A stretch of DNA of 64,000 nt from Camelus dromedarius (GCF_036321535.1 NC_087447.1:37636001-37700000), one strand, 5' to 3'; numbered from the stretch's first letter, positions 1 through 14,499 are shown. Program-made: numbers and translations. Notes: generated from the letters alone by a model not told the origin.

Positions 1-1930
1 AATGGCATTACTTTATTCTTTTTATGACTGAGTAGTATTCCACTGTGTGAGTATGAGTGTGTGTGTGTGTGTGTGTGTGTACCACAGCTTCTTTATCCAG
101 TCATCTGTTAATGGAAATTTAGGTTGTTTCCATGTCTTGGCTATTGTGAATAGTGTTGCTATGAACATTGGGGTGCATGTATCTTTTCTAATTAGAGTTT
201 CCTCTGGATATATGCCCAGGAGTGGGATTGCTGGATCATATGGTAAGTCTATTTTTAGTTTCTTGAAGAATCTCCATACTGTTTTCCATAATGGCTGCCC
301 AAAACTGCATTCCCACCAACAGTGTCAGAGGGTTCCCTTTTCTCCACACCCTCTCCAGCATTTATTGTTTGTGGACTTTTTATTAATGGCCATTCTGACT
401 GATGTGAGATGATAACCTCATTATAGTTTTGACTTGCATTTCTCTGCTAATTAGCAATACTGAACATTTTTTCATGAGCCTATTGGCCATTTGCATGTCT
501 TCATTGGAGAATTGCTTCTGCCCATTTTTGAATTGGGGTTTTTTTTTTGTTGTTATTAATTTGTATGAGCCGTTTATATATTCTGGAAATTAAGCCTTTG
601 TCAATCTCATCATTTGCAAATATATTCTCCCATTCCATAGGTTGTTGTATTGTTTTGCTTATGGTTTCCTTTGATGTGCAAAAGCTTATAAGTTTGATTA
701 GGTCCCATTTGTTTATTTTGGCTTTTATTTCTATGGCCTAGGAAGACTGCCCTAGGAGAACATTGCTAAGATTTATGTCAGAAAATGTTCTGCCTATGTT
801 TTCTTCTAGGAGGCTTAGAGTGTCTTGTCTTAGATTTAAGTCTTTAAGCCATTTTGAGTTTATTATTGTATATGGTGTGAAGGGGTGTTCTAACTTCATT
901 GATGTACATGCTGCTGTCCAGTTTACCCAACACCACTTGCTGAAGAGACTGTCTTTTCTCCATTGTATATTCTTGACTCCTTTGTCAAAGATTAATTGAC
1001 TATAAGTCTACAGGTTCATTTCTGGGCTCTCTATTCTGTTCCATTGATCCATATGTCTGTTTTTGTGCCAATACCACACTGTTTTGTTTACTGTAGCTCT
1101 GTAGTATTGTCTGAAGTCTGGGAGGTTTATGCCTCCAGCTTTGTTCTTTTTCTTTGGTATTGCTTTGGCAATTCTGGATCTTTTGCGATTCCGTATAAAT
1201 TTTTGGATTATTTGTTCTAGTTCTATTAAAATGTTCTGGGTAATTTGATAGGGATTGCCTTAAATCTGTAGATTGCTTTGGGTAGTATGGCCATTTTAAC
1301 AATATTAGTTCTTCCAATCCAAGAGCATGGGCTAGCTTTCCATTTCTTTAAGTCATCTTGAATTTTCTTAATCAATGTTTTACAGTTCTCCACATATAAG
1401 TCTTTTACCTCCTTGGTCAGATTTATTCCTAAGTATTTTATTTTTGGGATGTGATTTTAAAAGGGGTTGCTTCTTTATTATTCTGATATTTCATTGTTAG
1501 TATAAAGAAATGCTACTGATTTCTGTATGTTAATCTTGTATCCTGCTACCTTGCCAGATTCTTTTATCAGCTCTAGTAGTTTTTATGTGGGGCTTTCAGG
1601 GTTTTCTATATATAGTATCATGTCATCCACATATAGTGACAGTTTTACCTCTTCTCTTCTAATTTGGGTCCCTTTTATTTCTTTCTCTTGCCTGATTGCT
1701 GTAGCTAGGATTTCCAATTCTGTGTTGAGTAGAAGTGATGAAAGTAGGTATCCTTGTCTTTTTCCAGATTTTAGCAGGAAGCCTTTCAACTTTTCACCAT
1801 TCAGTATTATACTAGCTGTGGGTTTCTCATAAATAGCTTTTATTATGTTGTGATATGTTCTCTCTATACCCACTTTGGTAAGATTTTTTTTTTATCGTAA
1901 ATGGGTGTTGAATTTTATCAAATGCTTTTG
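1..1930 (-). mobile_element. LINE-1 fragment (3' part of ORF2), degenerate
   Basis: Minus ORFs give L1 ORF2 peptides ([29 protein letters not shown]...[15 protein letters not shown]); frameshifted. Confidence 0.93.
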
Positions 1931-2447
1931 TCCTGGGTAATTTGATAGAGATTGGTTAAATCTGTAGATTGCTCTGAGTAGTATGACTGTTGTAACAATA
2001 TTAATTCTTCAAATCCAAGAGCATCAGATATGTTTCCATTTCTTTAAATCATCTTTAATTTCCCTAGTCAACGTTTTATAATTTTCGACATAAAAGTCTT
2101 TCACTTATTTAGTCAGGTTTATTCCTAAGTATTTTATTTTATTTTTTGATGTGATTTTAAAAGATTTTTTTTCCTTTTCTGATATTTTATGTTATGTAAA
2201 GAAATGGGGCAGATTTCTGCAGGTTAATCTTGTAGACTGTTACTTTGCTGAATTCTTTTATCAGCTCTAGTAGTTTTTGTGTGGAATCCTTAGAGTTTTC
2301 TATACATAATACCATTTCATCTGCATATAGTGACAACTTTACCTCTTTCCTTCCAATTTGGATACCTCTTATTTCTTCTTGTCTAACTGCTATGGCTAGG
2401 ACTTCCAATACTATGTTGAAAAAAGTGGTGGGAGTGGGCATCCTTTG
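1931..2447 (-). mobile_element. Second LINE-1 ORF2 reverse-transcriptase fragment
   Basis: [47 protein letters not shown], containing a YADD-like motif. Confidence 0.9.
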
Positions 2448-2579
2448 TATTCAGTTTTTCTTAATCTCTCTTTCATATTGTCCATCAAAGACTCAGATAT
2501 ATAATTTTTTTCAAAAAAAACATGTCTTCCAGTTTATCAGTTTACTATTCGGCAGCTTCTAATCTACTTTTTTTCTTCC

Positions 2580-3040
2580 TATTTTTTGAGATATAATTGA
2601 CATACAGCACTGCATAAAATTAAGTTGTACAACATAATAATTTGACTTACATGCATCATGATGTAATTATCACAAGTTTAGTGGACATCCATCATGTCAT
2701 ATAGATTTAAAAATTAAATAGAATTTTTTTTTCTTGTGATGGGAACTCTTAGGATTTACTCTCAACAACTTTCATTTATGTTGTACAGCAGTGTTAATTA
2801 TATTATGTTGTACAGTACATTCTTAGTACTTATTTATCTTTTAACTGGGAGTTTGTGCCTTTTGACTGCCTTCATCCAACTCCCCCTTCCTCCGCCCGCC
2901 TCTGGTACCCACAAATCTGATCTTTTTTTTCTATGAGTTCTTTTTGCTTTTGAAGTATAGTTGACCCACCACACTGTTAGTTTCTGTTGCACAACATAGT
3001 GATATTTGATATTTCTATACATGTCAAACTGATCACCTTT
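2580..3040 (-). mobile_element. LINE-1 3' end
   Basis: T-run followed by a typical antisense L1 3' UTR (gagatataattgacatacagcactg...). Confidence 0.75.
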
Positions 3041-4419
3041 TAAAACCATCTATTGAATTCTCATTTCGATTATTTTATTTTTTATTATTTTTGGCAGTTT
3101 TGTTGTTTCTATTTTAAACCGATTTTGTCATTTACAATAGTCTTGCTCTTGTCAAATATTGTGAACCCTCTTATTTCTCTAAAAATTAAATATTCTCATA
3201 TTCTGTATTTAGTTATTCAAATATCTCCATTCAATGTAGGTCTATTCTATTTTTTTCTTCTGGTCCTTTCTCAGAGTGCTTAATTTCCTTTTGTTTTGTT
3301 GGGTTTGTGCTTTTTTTGACTAAGTTTATACATCTTGGAACCTTCTCTGTGGAAATACTTTGAGGCCTTTGAAATTGTTTCATCCAGAGAAAAGTATATT
3401 TTCATCTGATTAAAGGACTGCTTTAATTAAAATCCTTGGCTTGGATTTTTTGTTTGTTTGTTTGTTTGTTTTGGATTCACCCAAATAATGTGAATTCAGG
3501 CTGCAAATTCATGTGAGGACCATCTCGTGGCACAAATTTCCCTCTGTATTGGTGCCAAGAATTAAGGAAGGCAGTCTTCCTTCCAGCCTCCTGGGCAGAG
3601 ATTTGGGCTTATTTCTAGCTCACCTTTATACTGAGGTTGCAATCCTCAGAGCCCCAACTTTATGCTGGTTGGCTTCTCTTTAGACTCTCCACCACAGGCA
3701 GGTTCTGGATTTGGTTTTAATTCAGCAGTACCATGCAAGGCTCTGGAAGCCATAGTTCCTTTTCATCTGGGTTAGCAAATGCCTTCCTGGTAAAAGCTTG
3801 CCTCTTGAGTATCTACTTTCACTTGGTTCATAGCTTCATCTTCTCTTGCCAGCTCGTTAGAGCCTTTAATAAGATGTTTTCTATAATGTAGTCACTGTTT
3901 TTAGTTTTCAGTAAGGGACAATCGGGGTACCCCATATCTGGCACGTTGCTAGAAATGGGAAGTTCCAGGTGCTTTTTACCTTTCTGTAAGATGAATTCTC
4001 CAAGACGAGGGAAAGCTACCACCTGTCTTTTTCCTCTCTCTCTTCTTCAAAAGGCACTAGGACCCAGCACGATGGGAGCCCTGTCCTGCGCTCCAGTAAT
4101 TAGGAGAGGCTTGCTTGTCTAGGGCACTGTGCCTGATGCTCTTGCCATGCCTGCCCCAGTTCTGAATTTTCCTCACCTCTCCCATTGTGCTGACCCAGAT
4201 CAGTCCAGCCTGATCCCCACACCCGGCACAGAAGTGAGTTAGACCTGACTGCACTTGATCTTTAATTGCCTATTTCCTTGCTGGGAGGTCTACCCTGTTT
4301 TCTTGCTAATATCCCTGTCTCTCCCAATATTCGTTGGGACAAACACTACAAAGCCCTGTAACCTAACCTATGCCAAAACCAAGTTCTGACAACGGTAGTT
4401 TCCAGAATGCAGCATGCAG

Positions 4420-4620
4420 TAAGAAAGGAAGAAGCACAAACTTTGGAACCAAAGTTATCAAAGTTTACAGCCCAGGTCCTCCTCCCATAAGTGAATTACT
4501 ACTTAAATTCTCTAAGCCTCCATTTCCTCGCTTGTACATAATCTTTGTCAGATTTATTGAAAGTACTGGAGATGATGTGTCTAAAGTATCTAATGCAAAA
4601 TAGGTGTTTAATTAAGTACC
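4420..4620 (+). mobile_element. MIR SINE
   Basis: Degenerate MIR core (acttaaattctctaagcctccatttcctc). Confidence 0.6.
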
Positions 4621-6943
4621 AAATGGCAGAATAATACAAACAGAGGTGATGGGTTTTCTGAGGTTAAGACCATGTTACTCTGTACTGTGAAGGCTGGACT
4701 TGAGCAATTACAGAAAGAATAAAAAGTCTGCTGTTCAATATCAGCTCTGATGTAGGAAAGTAGAATCAACTATCTGCGGCCAAAATGGAATGTGAAATAC
4801 TGTGGGGGCATAGAGAGACTGACAAGCAGAAAACTAAAATCAAAACTGAGGATGTATCAGAAGAGAACTTGGATCAGAAGCAGCAAACCATGCCCTGGGA
4901 GCAAATAGTAAATCCTTGACATTTCTTACACTCTTCTTCCCTCCCTCACCACTGGCAAGCATTACTAACTAATGATTGGAAAAATAATAGTTAAATATGT
5001 TACTGTTCTAAGCTCTTTACTGAATTCATTCATTTTTTTCCTAACAACAATTCCATGATGCAGGTATTGTTATTGGTAGCATTTTACAGCTAAAGACACT
5101 AAAGCATGAAGAAGAAACTTGTCCACGATTAAGCAAGCAGCAGCGCGGCCTAGCTCCAGAATGCAAGCCTTCAGCCACTTAGGTATGTTGTCTGTACAAG
5201 AAGAGTATACTGTCCTGCTCGAATCAGAATTCCCACCAATATAGCCATGCAGGAAGCCACTGTCAGTTATCAGTTATCTCCCAGACAGGAAAATCTGAGA
5301 ACTGACTTTTATCCAACAATAGGAAGATATGAGTGAGGTTTGCTTAAAAATCTAATTTTAACTCAAATCATACAACTCTTTCTTATACTGGGAGAGTATG
5401 GCATAGAACAGGTAAAAATTTAGTTAATTTATGTCATGATCAATAGTTCCTTTTTAGGAGGAAAAAAGTAATTTCATGATTATCTACAGAAGTAGCTTTC
5501 AACATGTATACCACTATGAAATTCTTTTCATTAATTTGTAAAGATGATCCCACTTTTAGATAAATTTTATCTGTCAAACAAAGTGCATTTATTAAGTAAT
5601 AATTCACTTCCTTGTCTTTATTAAGCAACAACAAATGTAATGACTATGAGAGTTTTCAACAGGCCTGTTGTATCCAGCAAGCCCCAAGTAAAGGACCTTG
5701 GTGTGGTAGTTCTCTGAACTGCCTCTTCCTGGTTCACGGGGCTTCATTTACTTCTTTACTGACTTGCCAGAGGAGCCACAGAACCCAGCTGGATTGGAAT
5801 TTAATTCTGGAGAGATGTTCAGGAAGTGAACTTAAATCTAGAGCTCAGTGGACCAGAATCTGACAAGATTTCCTTTTCTGCTACATAGAGCAATTGCTGG
5901 GTTGGGCTCAGAAAAACAAGGACTTTGTATTGTATGGTTACCACATGGCCCCTTCCTCTTGTCTTTGGAATTTGACAAGCAAATTGGCATTTGCGTTGCC
6001 GAGACTTGTCACAGAATAGTGATTGTTAATTATACCCTAGATGTCCTGCCTCATTCTGCCGTGGATGTATTATGCTAAATGTGTGTAGTGAGCAAAAGAT
6101 CTTAAATTTGATTTCAAGTTGCATATCTCAGTCTGCTGCCAGACCCGCCCCAGGGCAGAGAGCATTAAAAGCAGACGGTGGGGAGTTCTGCTCCAGAATT
6201 CCTCCTTCTGAGGCTGGGAAGTACTCAAAGGGTCCAGCAGATGTCAGTATGAATTCTTGAGTCTCTCCTGGTCGAGTATTAACACATCTACTTACATCAG
6301 CCTCTGCCCTGGAGAGCTCTTTCTAGGCAGGGTATTGTATGAGTGTTGGCTTCAGAGACAGTATTTTTCAGACAAATCTATCTGCTCCTCTAATTGGTAA
6401 AATTCTGACCAGCTATCCTGACCCCAAAGCAGGATGAGTGATGCTGCCTCAATTGTAAAGAACCTTCAAGAGACGAACAGGTGAGTAAGGTGGCTGTTTC
6501 TAAAAATAAGTAGTGGTCTGTGTCAGCTCTCTGCTTTCCTCTGCACAGCCCATCTGGGTGGGTTCTCAGCATCTCAGTCTCTTACCCATCAGCCTCTCCC
6601 ATTATCACCAGCGATAGGGCTAGGGTTTGGGTTTATCACAGCTTCAAAATCAGCAACCAGACAACATACCATGCTTGTCCCAGGTGTGCTGATACACTCC
6701 TCTAAGTATCTTTTTGATTCATTTAGGGCTGCTCTACGTATTAAAAGTACAGAGAATAATATCCAAGCACCCATATATGTTCACTACCCAGATTTAATGA
6801 CTATTAATATTTTATCATACATACTTACAGCTCTTTTATTGGTAACAAATAAAGGTCTTATATAGTCCCCCCTCAATTCTACTCCCTTCCCTCCCTCCCC
6901 AGGGATAAGCATAATCTTGGCATTCAAGTGTATCCTTCACACC

Positions 6944-7380
6944 TGTATTAGTTTCCCAAAGTTACCATAATAAAGTCCCATAAATTGGTGAGCTTAAACA
7001 ACAGAAATTTATTGTCTCAGAGTTCTAGAAGCTACACATTAGAGATGAAAATGTCCGCAGGGCCATGTTTTGTCTGAGGCACTAAGGAAGGATCTGTTCC
7101 AGGGCTCTATTTCCTGGCTTCCGGTAGTTACTTGGCTTCTGGCAGTATAACTCCATCCTCATGGGACGTTTTCCCCGTGCACACGTCTCTGTGTCCAAAT
7201 TTCCCCTTTTGATACAACACCAGTCCTGTTGGATTAGGGGCCCACGCTACTTCAGTGTGACCTCACCTTAGCTAATTACATTTGCAATGACTATTTCCAA
7301 ATGTCATTCTGAGGACCTGGCAGGGGGTGGTTAGGACTTCAACATATGAATCTGAGGAGAACAAAATTCAACCCATAATA
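6944..7380 (-). mobile_element. MLT1-type MaLR solo LTR
   Basis: Starts tgtattagtttccc...aaacaacagaaatttattgtctc and ends ttaggacttcaacatatgaa...aaaattcaacccataata, both characteristic of MLT1. Confidence 0.85.
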
Positions 7381-8869
7381 CCACTGATGTATTAATACTT
7401 TCACTGTATATGATTTTCCCCACACACACATATAGTATTTTATGTATATAAACTTTTATATAAATGTTATTAAATTGTATGCATCTCTGGTAATGCTTTT
7501 TTAATCCAACAGTATGGATTATGTCTTGAGGTGTATCCATATGACAAATGTACAGTACATCATTTATAGTGTTTCACCACATTAATGTACCATTATCCTC
7601 TCTAAAAATTTTTAAAATATCTACAAGGTTCAAAATGTCATCTGATCAGTAAATAGTAACAGATACTTGGGCTTGGATTCCATGAGCTCTCTGATTCCAG
7701 TCTTTCCAAAGATTCTGTGGCTCTTTAACTGCATTTTGTGACCCTGCACATTTAGGATTTCAGGGGTTAGCAGGTCCCATTGCTAACAAAGTTTCAGGCA
7801 GTAGAAGGAGAGCCACTTAACCATGATGCCATATCCCTAAACAACACAAATGAGAGGGAAGTGATTTTAATTGATGAATAAGTATTGAAAGTTCAAGTCT
7901 GGTTTGAGAGACCCCTGGGACAACAGCCCATGGGATGTGTCTCCTCCTCCCTTTCTCCCTCTCTGCCTTCCCTGAGGGCACAAACCTGAGAAGCCTCACT
8001 CATATGTAGTGTCACCCCATATCCCAGCTGTCACCCGTAGGCACCATGGCCTGCACCACAGTGAGAAATGACTCTGTTTGAAAGGGTGATGGTGAGATAT
8101 GCCTGCAATGGTATTGATTCAGTCTAGAGTTGGAGAAGAGAGGGGCCATGGACTTTAAAGAAAATGCCACATAAATGATGTAAGGAAACTGACAAGAATC
8201 TCGTTTTTATGTGTTGCCAAAATATGAAAATATGCAAATAGCCCTTTATGGATTTCTGTTTGGATTCCATGGTTTCCTTTGAGGGCCTCAAGGCTGAGAC
8301 TCAGAAACACACATATATAAATATCCTCTAACTTCTGCTTTTATCCGTCATGGATAGCCCCACACTGTATAAGAAATCACAGATAAAAATCACAGGGAAG
8401 GAGACATAGATTCCAGACATAAATAGAATCTCTACAAAGGGACCATCAGAAATCTATAACAAAAAGGAATTTTAAAACAATTGTTCCCCAGAGCTGTCAT
8501 TGCTTTAAAAATGGGACGGATAACATACTGCATCTACTTTGATTTGTCTTTGATGCTTTACTCTGAAACTAGGCTAAGGAGTAACTGTTTTACTTCGGAT
8601 TTCTATTTTGATTGTTTAAGTTACTTTTCATTGTCTCATTCCTTTTTACTTTCTCTCTGAAATATCTTCACATCTAACACTGGAATTTTAACAAATGAAT
8701 AAAGTTTGTTTATCAATGCTTAAAAATCATTTAATTAAAAATACAAACTATTTTTTTTCAAATAAAGAGAAAGTTCAGAATTTGCTAAAGTGCTTTAGTT
8801 CTGTTTTTTAAGATCAAGCATGGTGTTTGAGCTTATGTGTAAAACATTTGTGCACCAAAGTGAAAAGAT

Positions 8870-9975
8870 CACGAGTTTAATGTCAGACAGTCTTTGATCA
8901 AATCCTGTCTTCATTATCAGTTGTGATGTTAAGCAGGACACACTCTCCCTGAACCTCAGTTTCCTTATTTGTAAGAAGAGATCAAGATAACTACTTAGCA
9001 AAGTCATTTTAGAAATTTAGTGAAGTTGTGTACTTTACAGTTCTTGGCACAGAGCAGGTGCTCAAAAAATGGCAGCTATGGTGATAGCAGTTGTGATTTC
9101 TTGGACCCAAGTCCCAGCTCTTTCATTAAGTTGCTGTGTGATTTTAGGCATGTCTCTTTACTCCTAAGCATAGGATATAGAGATGGGACTAGACAGTCCC
9201 CACTCAAGTCCCTTGCAGGATTAAAGTCTCTGTTTCTAACGCGCCATAGGTCTAACATTTGAGGCACTGTGGGAAGGGTCTGGGAACCTGCATAGATGCA
9301 CACTTGAATTCGGTTGACCTTCACTGCAGCCACATTAGCTGTGCACTTGTCAGCAGGCACTCGTCTAAGCCTTTCCATGTATGAGCACATTTAATTCTCA
9401 CAGCAACTCTGTGATTAAGGCACCATCATGAGATGAGAAACAGAGGCACAGACTGGTTATGCACCTTGCCCAAGGTCACAGCGTTAGTGAGTGGCAGAGC
9501 CAGGATTCAAACTGAGGTGTAGAGCTCAGATTTGTTTCAACTAGTGTGCTTTACAGGTTTTCTAAGGGGGTTGGTTTACTGACAACTAACCCACCACCCT
9601 CTAGTCTAAATTCACAGGTAATTCAAACATTTATTCGTTTTTATTTTTCCTTCCTGGGCCCATGTTTGTCAGAGGATGATTGTTCCGCATAGGTCCAGAG
9701 CCATACTTAACCCTGTAGTAAGTATCTGGCACTAATTTCCTGCTTTCCTCCTAATTAGCCTCTGAAGTCAGAGATGTGGTTTCAGTCCCTACCTTAGTAT
9801 TAACTATTTGATTTTGACAATCTGCTTAAACTGTCCAAGCTTCAGTTTCCCCATCTGTAATGGAGGGCGAAAATGGGAATCTAAATAATAGCACCTAGGT
9901 CACAAATGTGAGACTTACAAGAGGTAACACATAGGAAAATGACTGCATGCAGGAGGCAGTCACTAAAAAGGATCA
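8870..9975. mobile_element. Cluster of MIR SINEs in both orientations (about 8870-9080 +, 9340-9530 -, 9760-9975 +)
   Basis: MIR core motifs cctcagtttccttatttgtaa, gaggcacaga...ttgcccaaggtcacagc and cttcagtttccccatctgtaa. Confidence 0.75.
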
Positions 9976-10699
9976 GCATTAGCTCCGATCTTGGGGCAAA
10001 TTTCAAACGGAGCCACTGAGGTCTTATTCTGAGTTCCAGAGAAGGATTCTCTGTCCTGGAGCCTGGTTACGGCAGCCACCAGAGCCCAGAAGCTGCTCAC
10101 AGATATGGCCAAGCACACAGTCCACGTTCCAGGCTGCTGTAAAATGCTATAAAATCATGGGACTTTGAGGCTCTCATCAGTTGAGGCTAAGTCAACACGT
10201 CATCCTGCCTGTTCTGCCCTTTACAGCCTCCAGAAGAAGGGCAGGGCTTTATCCCATCACCTGTGGGTTTTAACTATAAAATTCCATCCACAGCTTAATG
10301 TCATCCTTTCATTCCTCTTTTAAATGTTCTTTTTCAAAAGTTCCAGCTTTCTGAATAACATTATTTAAAAAAAAAGACCCTTTAAATTTTCAGCCTGAGT
10401 TTCCTATTCTGTGTTCAACTTTCTTTTCTTCCTCCTCTTCTTTTGCTTTTTAATAAAGTTTCCTTTCTGTGTAACATCATCTCTTCAAGCTATGAACCTG
10501 TGGGAGTTACAAAAGATATTGTTAAAGGGACAGTAATTATTCTGAAGTTTAATATAGCCAAAAAGAAGGCATGATGGAGCTGCAGGTCCCTGGAGGGCAG
10601 AATGCTCTCACAGAGGATCTTATGGAAGTTGTCATTTGTGTTCCAATGCCATTGGAGAGGCTCTCCGTCCCCTCAGCTTTAGATCTTCCCTTCCTATTG

Positions 10700-11985
10700 T
10701 TTTCTTTTATTGAAGTATAGTTGATTTACAATGTTGTGTTAGTTTCCAGTATACAGCATAATGATTCAGTTATGCATATATATACTTTTTTATTATAAGT
10801 TATTACAAGGTATTGAATATAGTTCCCTGTGCTATACAGTAGGACCTTGTTTTTTATCTATTCTGTATATAGTAGTTTGTATCTGCTAATAGCAGACTCC
10901 TAGTTTATTCCTCCCTACTTTTCCTCTTTAGTAACCATAAGTTTGTTTTCTATATCTGCAAGTCTGTTTTGTAAATTAGACCATTTGTGTCATTTTAAAG
11001 TTTTTTTTTACAGCCATTATTTTGTCATAATTTTTCTTATTTTCTTTTTTCCCACTTTTTCAAATTGAAGTATGGTTGATCCACAATGTTATGTTTGTTT
11101 CTGGTGTACAACATAGTGATTCGGTTATGCATGTAACTATATACATATTCTTTTCCATTACAAGTTACAACAAGCCATTGAATATAGTTCCCTGTGCTAT
11201 ATGGTAGGACCATGTTGTTTATCTATTCTGTATATAGTAGTTTGTATCTGTCAATCCCAAACTCCTAAATTATCCCTCTGCCCCCCCATTTCCCCTTTAG
11301 TAACCATAAGTTTGTTTTCTATGTCTGTGAGTCTCTTTCTGTTTTGTAAATAAGCTCATTTGTGTCTTTTTTTTTTTTTAGATTCCACATATAATTGATA
11401 TCATGATATTTGTCTTCCTCTGTCTGACTTACTTCACTTAGTATGATGATCTCTAGGTCCTTCCATGTTGCTGCAAATGGCAATATTTTATTCTTTTTTA
11501 TGGATGAGTAGTATTCCATATGTATATACACCACATCTTCTTTACCCAGTCACCTGTCAGTGAATATTTAGGTTGCTTCAATGTCTTGGCTATTGTAAAT
11601 AGTGCTGCTATGAACATTGGGGTGCATGTATCTTTTTGAATTGGAGTTCCCTCTGGATAGATGCCCAGGAGAGGGATTGCTGGATCATATGGAAAGTCTA
11701 TTTTCAGTTTTTTGAGGAATCTCCATACTGTTCCATAGCAGCTACACCAAACTACACTCCCACCAACAGTGTAAGAGGGTTCCCTTTCTCCCCATCCTCT
11801 CCAGCATTTCTCATTTGTGGACTTTTTAGTGATGGCCATTCTGACTGGTTTGAGGTGATACCTCTTTGTAGTTTTAATTTGCATGTCTCTGATAATTACT
11901 GATGCTGAACATCTTTTCATGTATATATTGGCCATTTACATGTCTTCATTGGAGAAATGTCTGTTTAGGTCTTCTGCCCATTTTT
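10700..11985 (-). mobile_element. Two stacked LINE-1 3' ends (about 10700-11000 and 11045-11985; the second includes the ORF2 C-terminus)
   Basis: Repeated ttgaagtatagttgat...acaatgtt 3' termini. ORF 11498..11935 is the L1 ORF2 C-terminal region ([15 protein letters not shown]). Confidence 0.9.
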
Positions 11986-12699
11986 TTATTTTTTTTTTTT
12001 TTTTACAGTGAAGTGGGGACATTTCTTTTTATCTTATGCTGGGCATTTTTAGTTTTTTCAATATTAATAAGGACCATCCCAGCCAGAATATGCAGGCAAA
12101 TACATCCCAGCAACAGCATTTCTTGAAACAGTATATCACAGTATCTGCTCTCACTCTAGATTCTCAACATTAAAGATATCTATTTAATATGTGAAAAGGG
12201 GTATGCTAAAGACCTTTAATTTGCAAGTATTTTATGACTTGTGGTGCTATACATAGATGTATGTTTGTTAGCGATTTACTTTCTAGATCAAAAATTGTGA
12301 GAGTCCTTTCCTTTTGTATCATGTGGTTGAAATGCTTGCATTCCTGTCTTTGATCAGTCTTTCAAAAAAAAGAAATGCAAGTTTTTTGATTTTTGTTTTT
12401 TTCCCACAAGATGGCTGCTTGCAATTTTGTTCTCTTATGCAAGTATAGATATATTTGCAGGAATGTTTGAGACTATAACTTTTGTGTGGTCAGATCTATC
12501 AGTTATATGGTTGTCTCTCCGTTGGATTTTAATTTTTTAATTTTTCTAACTGAAAAAACTGAATTGTCACTTTGATAATCTTCATTTGCAAATCTTCATT
12601 TAAAGCAAAAATGATGGTGAATGTTCCACCGCATATTTAGTGCTAGTAAATCACCTATTATGCATATTTCTAACATATTTCTAACTTTTAATTTCATAT

Positions 12700-13150
12700 C
12701 ATTTTTTTCATTGACATGTAGTTGGTTTATAATGTGTTAATTTCTGGTGTACAGCATAGTGATTCAGTTATACATATATATGTTTTCCTTTTCTTATTCA
12801 TTATAGGCTACTACAAGATATTTAATATAATTCCCTGTGGGACCTTGCTATTTAATCTATCTTATACACAATGTAGTTAGTATCTGCAAATCCCGAACTC
12901 CCAATTTATCCCTCCACTCCCCACTCCCAGTACCTACAAGTTTGTTTACTATGTCTGTAAGTCTGTCTTTGTATTGTTAAGGAAGTTCATTTGTGTCCAT
13001 TTTTTTAGGACTCCTCATGTAAGTGATGTCATATGGTCCTTTTCTTTCTCTGTCTGACTTACTTCACTTAGTATGACAATCTCTAGGTCCATGCAAGTTG
13101 CTGCAAATGACATTATTTTATTCTTTTTATGGCTGAGTAGTATTTCATTT

Positions 13151-13208
<58 letters not shown>

Positions 13209-13210
13209 AC
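12700..13210 (-). mobile_element. LINE-1 3' end
   Basis: Same 3' UTR motifs as 11045-11520 (ctgtctgacttacttcacttagtatga...). Confidence 0.85.
13154..13206. repeat. (TA)n microsatellite
   Basis: Perfect TA run seen directly. Confidence 0.98.
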
Positions 13211-13289
13211 AATGATATATACTTAATTGATAAACACCATCAATGTTTTGTAGTTCTCTGCATATAAGGCTTCATTTCCTTGGTCAGGT

Positions 13290-14460
13290 GGTCTATCTTA
13301 GAGAATGTTCCATACATACTGGAAAATAATGTATATATTGTTTCTAAAATGGATATAATGTTCTAAAAATATCAGTTAAGTCTAACTGTTTTATTGTGTC
13401 ATTTAGTATCTCTGTTGCCTTATTGATTTTCTGTGTGGAAGATCTGTCCATTGATTTTAGTGGGGTGTTAAAATCTCCTACTTTTATTGTATTCCCATCA
13501 ATTTCTCCATTTACGTCTGTTAGTGTTTGTTTTACGTATTTAAGTGTTCTATATTGGATGCATATATGTTAATGCGTGTAATATCCTCTTCTTATATTGC
13601 TCATTTTATCATTATATGTGTCCTTTATCTTTCTTTATAGCCTTTGTTTTAAAGTCTATTTTGTCTGATATGAGTATTGCTACCCTTACTTTCTTGTCAT
13701 TTCCATTTGTGTGAAATAATCTTTTTCCATCCTCTCACTTTCCATCTCTGTGTGTCCTTCACCCTAAAGTGGGTCTTTTGTAGGAAACATATTGTGTACT
13801 CTTGTTTTATTATCCAGTCTGCCACTCTGTCTTTTGATTGGAGCATTTAGTCCATTGACATTTAAGATAATTATTGATGGGTGTGTGGATATTACCATTT
13901 CAAACCTTGTTTTCCAGTTGATTTTGTATTTCTTCTTCCTTTCTTTTTCTTTTTGTTTTTCCTTTTGTGTTTTGATGATTTTCTTTTGTATTATGCTTGA
14001 GTTCTTTTCTTTTTTGGTTTTTGTGACTCTATGTTTTTGATTTGTGGTTACCCTATTTTTCAAGTATATTAACCCATTACTTATCTCCTTGTTTTAGATT
14101 GGTTATCATACAGACTCAAACACATTCTTAAAAAAATCTGCATTTTTCTTACCCCTCTCCCCCACATTTTATGATTTTAATGTCCTCACTTACATCTTCA
14201 TGTTTATTCTTTTACTGTTCATTGTAGTTATCATTGCATTTCCCACTGTGATTTTTCTCTTTTCTATACATTCTTATTTCTTTTCTATTTAGAGAAGACC
14301 TTCCAATGTTTCTTTTAAGATAGGTTGTGTGTTGCTGTATTCTTTTAATTTTTGCTTATCCGAGAAATTCTTTCTCTCCTTCTATTCTAAATGATAATCT
14401 CTCTGGGTAGAATATCCTAGGTTACAGATTTTTCTCTTTCATGACTTTGAATATATCTTG
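13290..14460 (-). mobile_element. LINE-1 fragment (ORF1 end, inter-ORF region and ORF2 endonuclease start)
   Basis: Peptide ISTHPSIIILNVNGLNAPIKR matches the L1 endonuclease N-terminus. Confidence 0.88.
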
Positions 14461-14499
14461 CTCTATTCTATTATTATTATTGTTGTTGTTGTTATTATT

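Noticed and set aside
47..2562. Many plus-strand hydrophobic ORFs
   Set aside because: Antisense translations of L1 ORF2.
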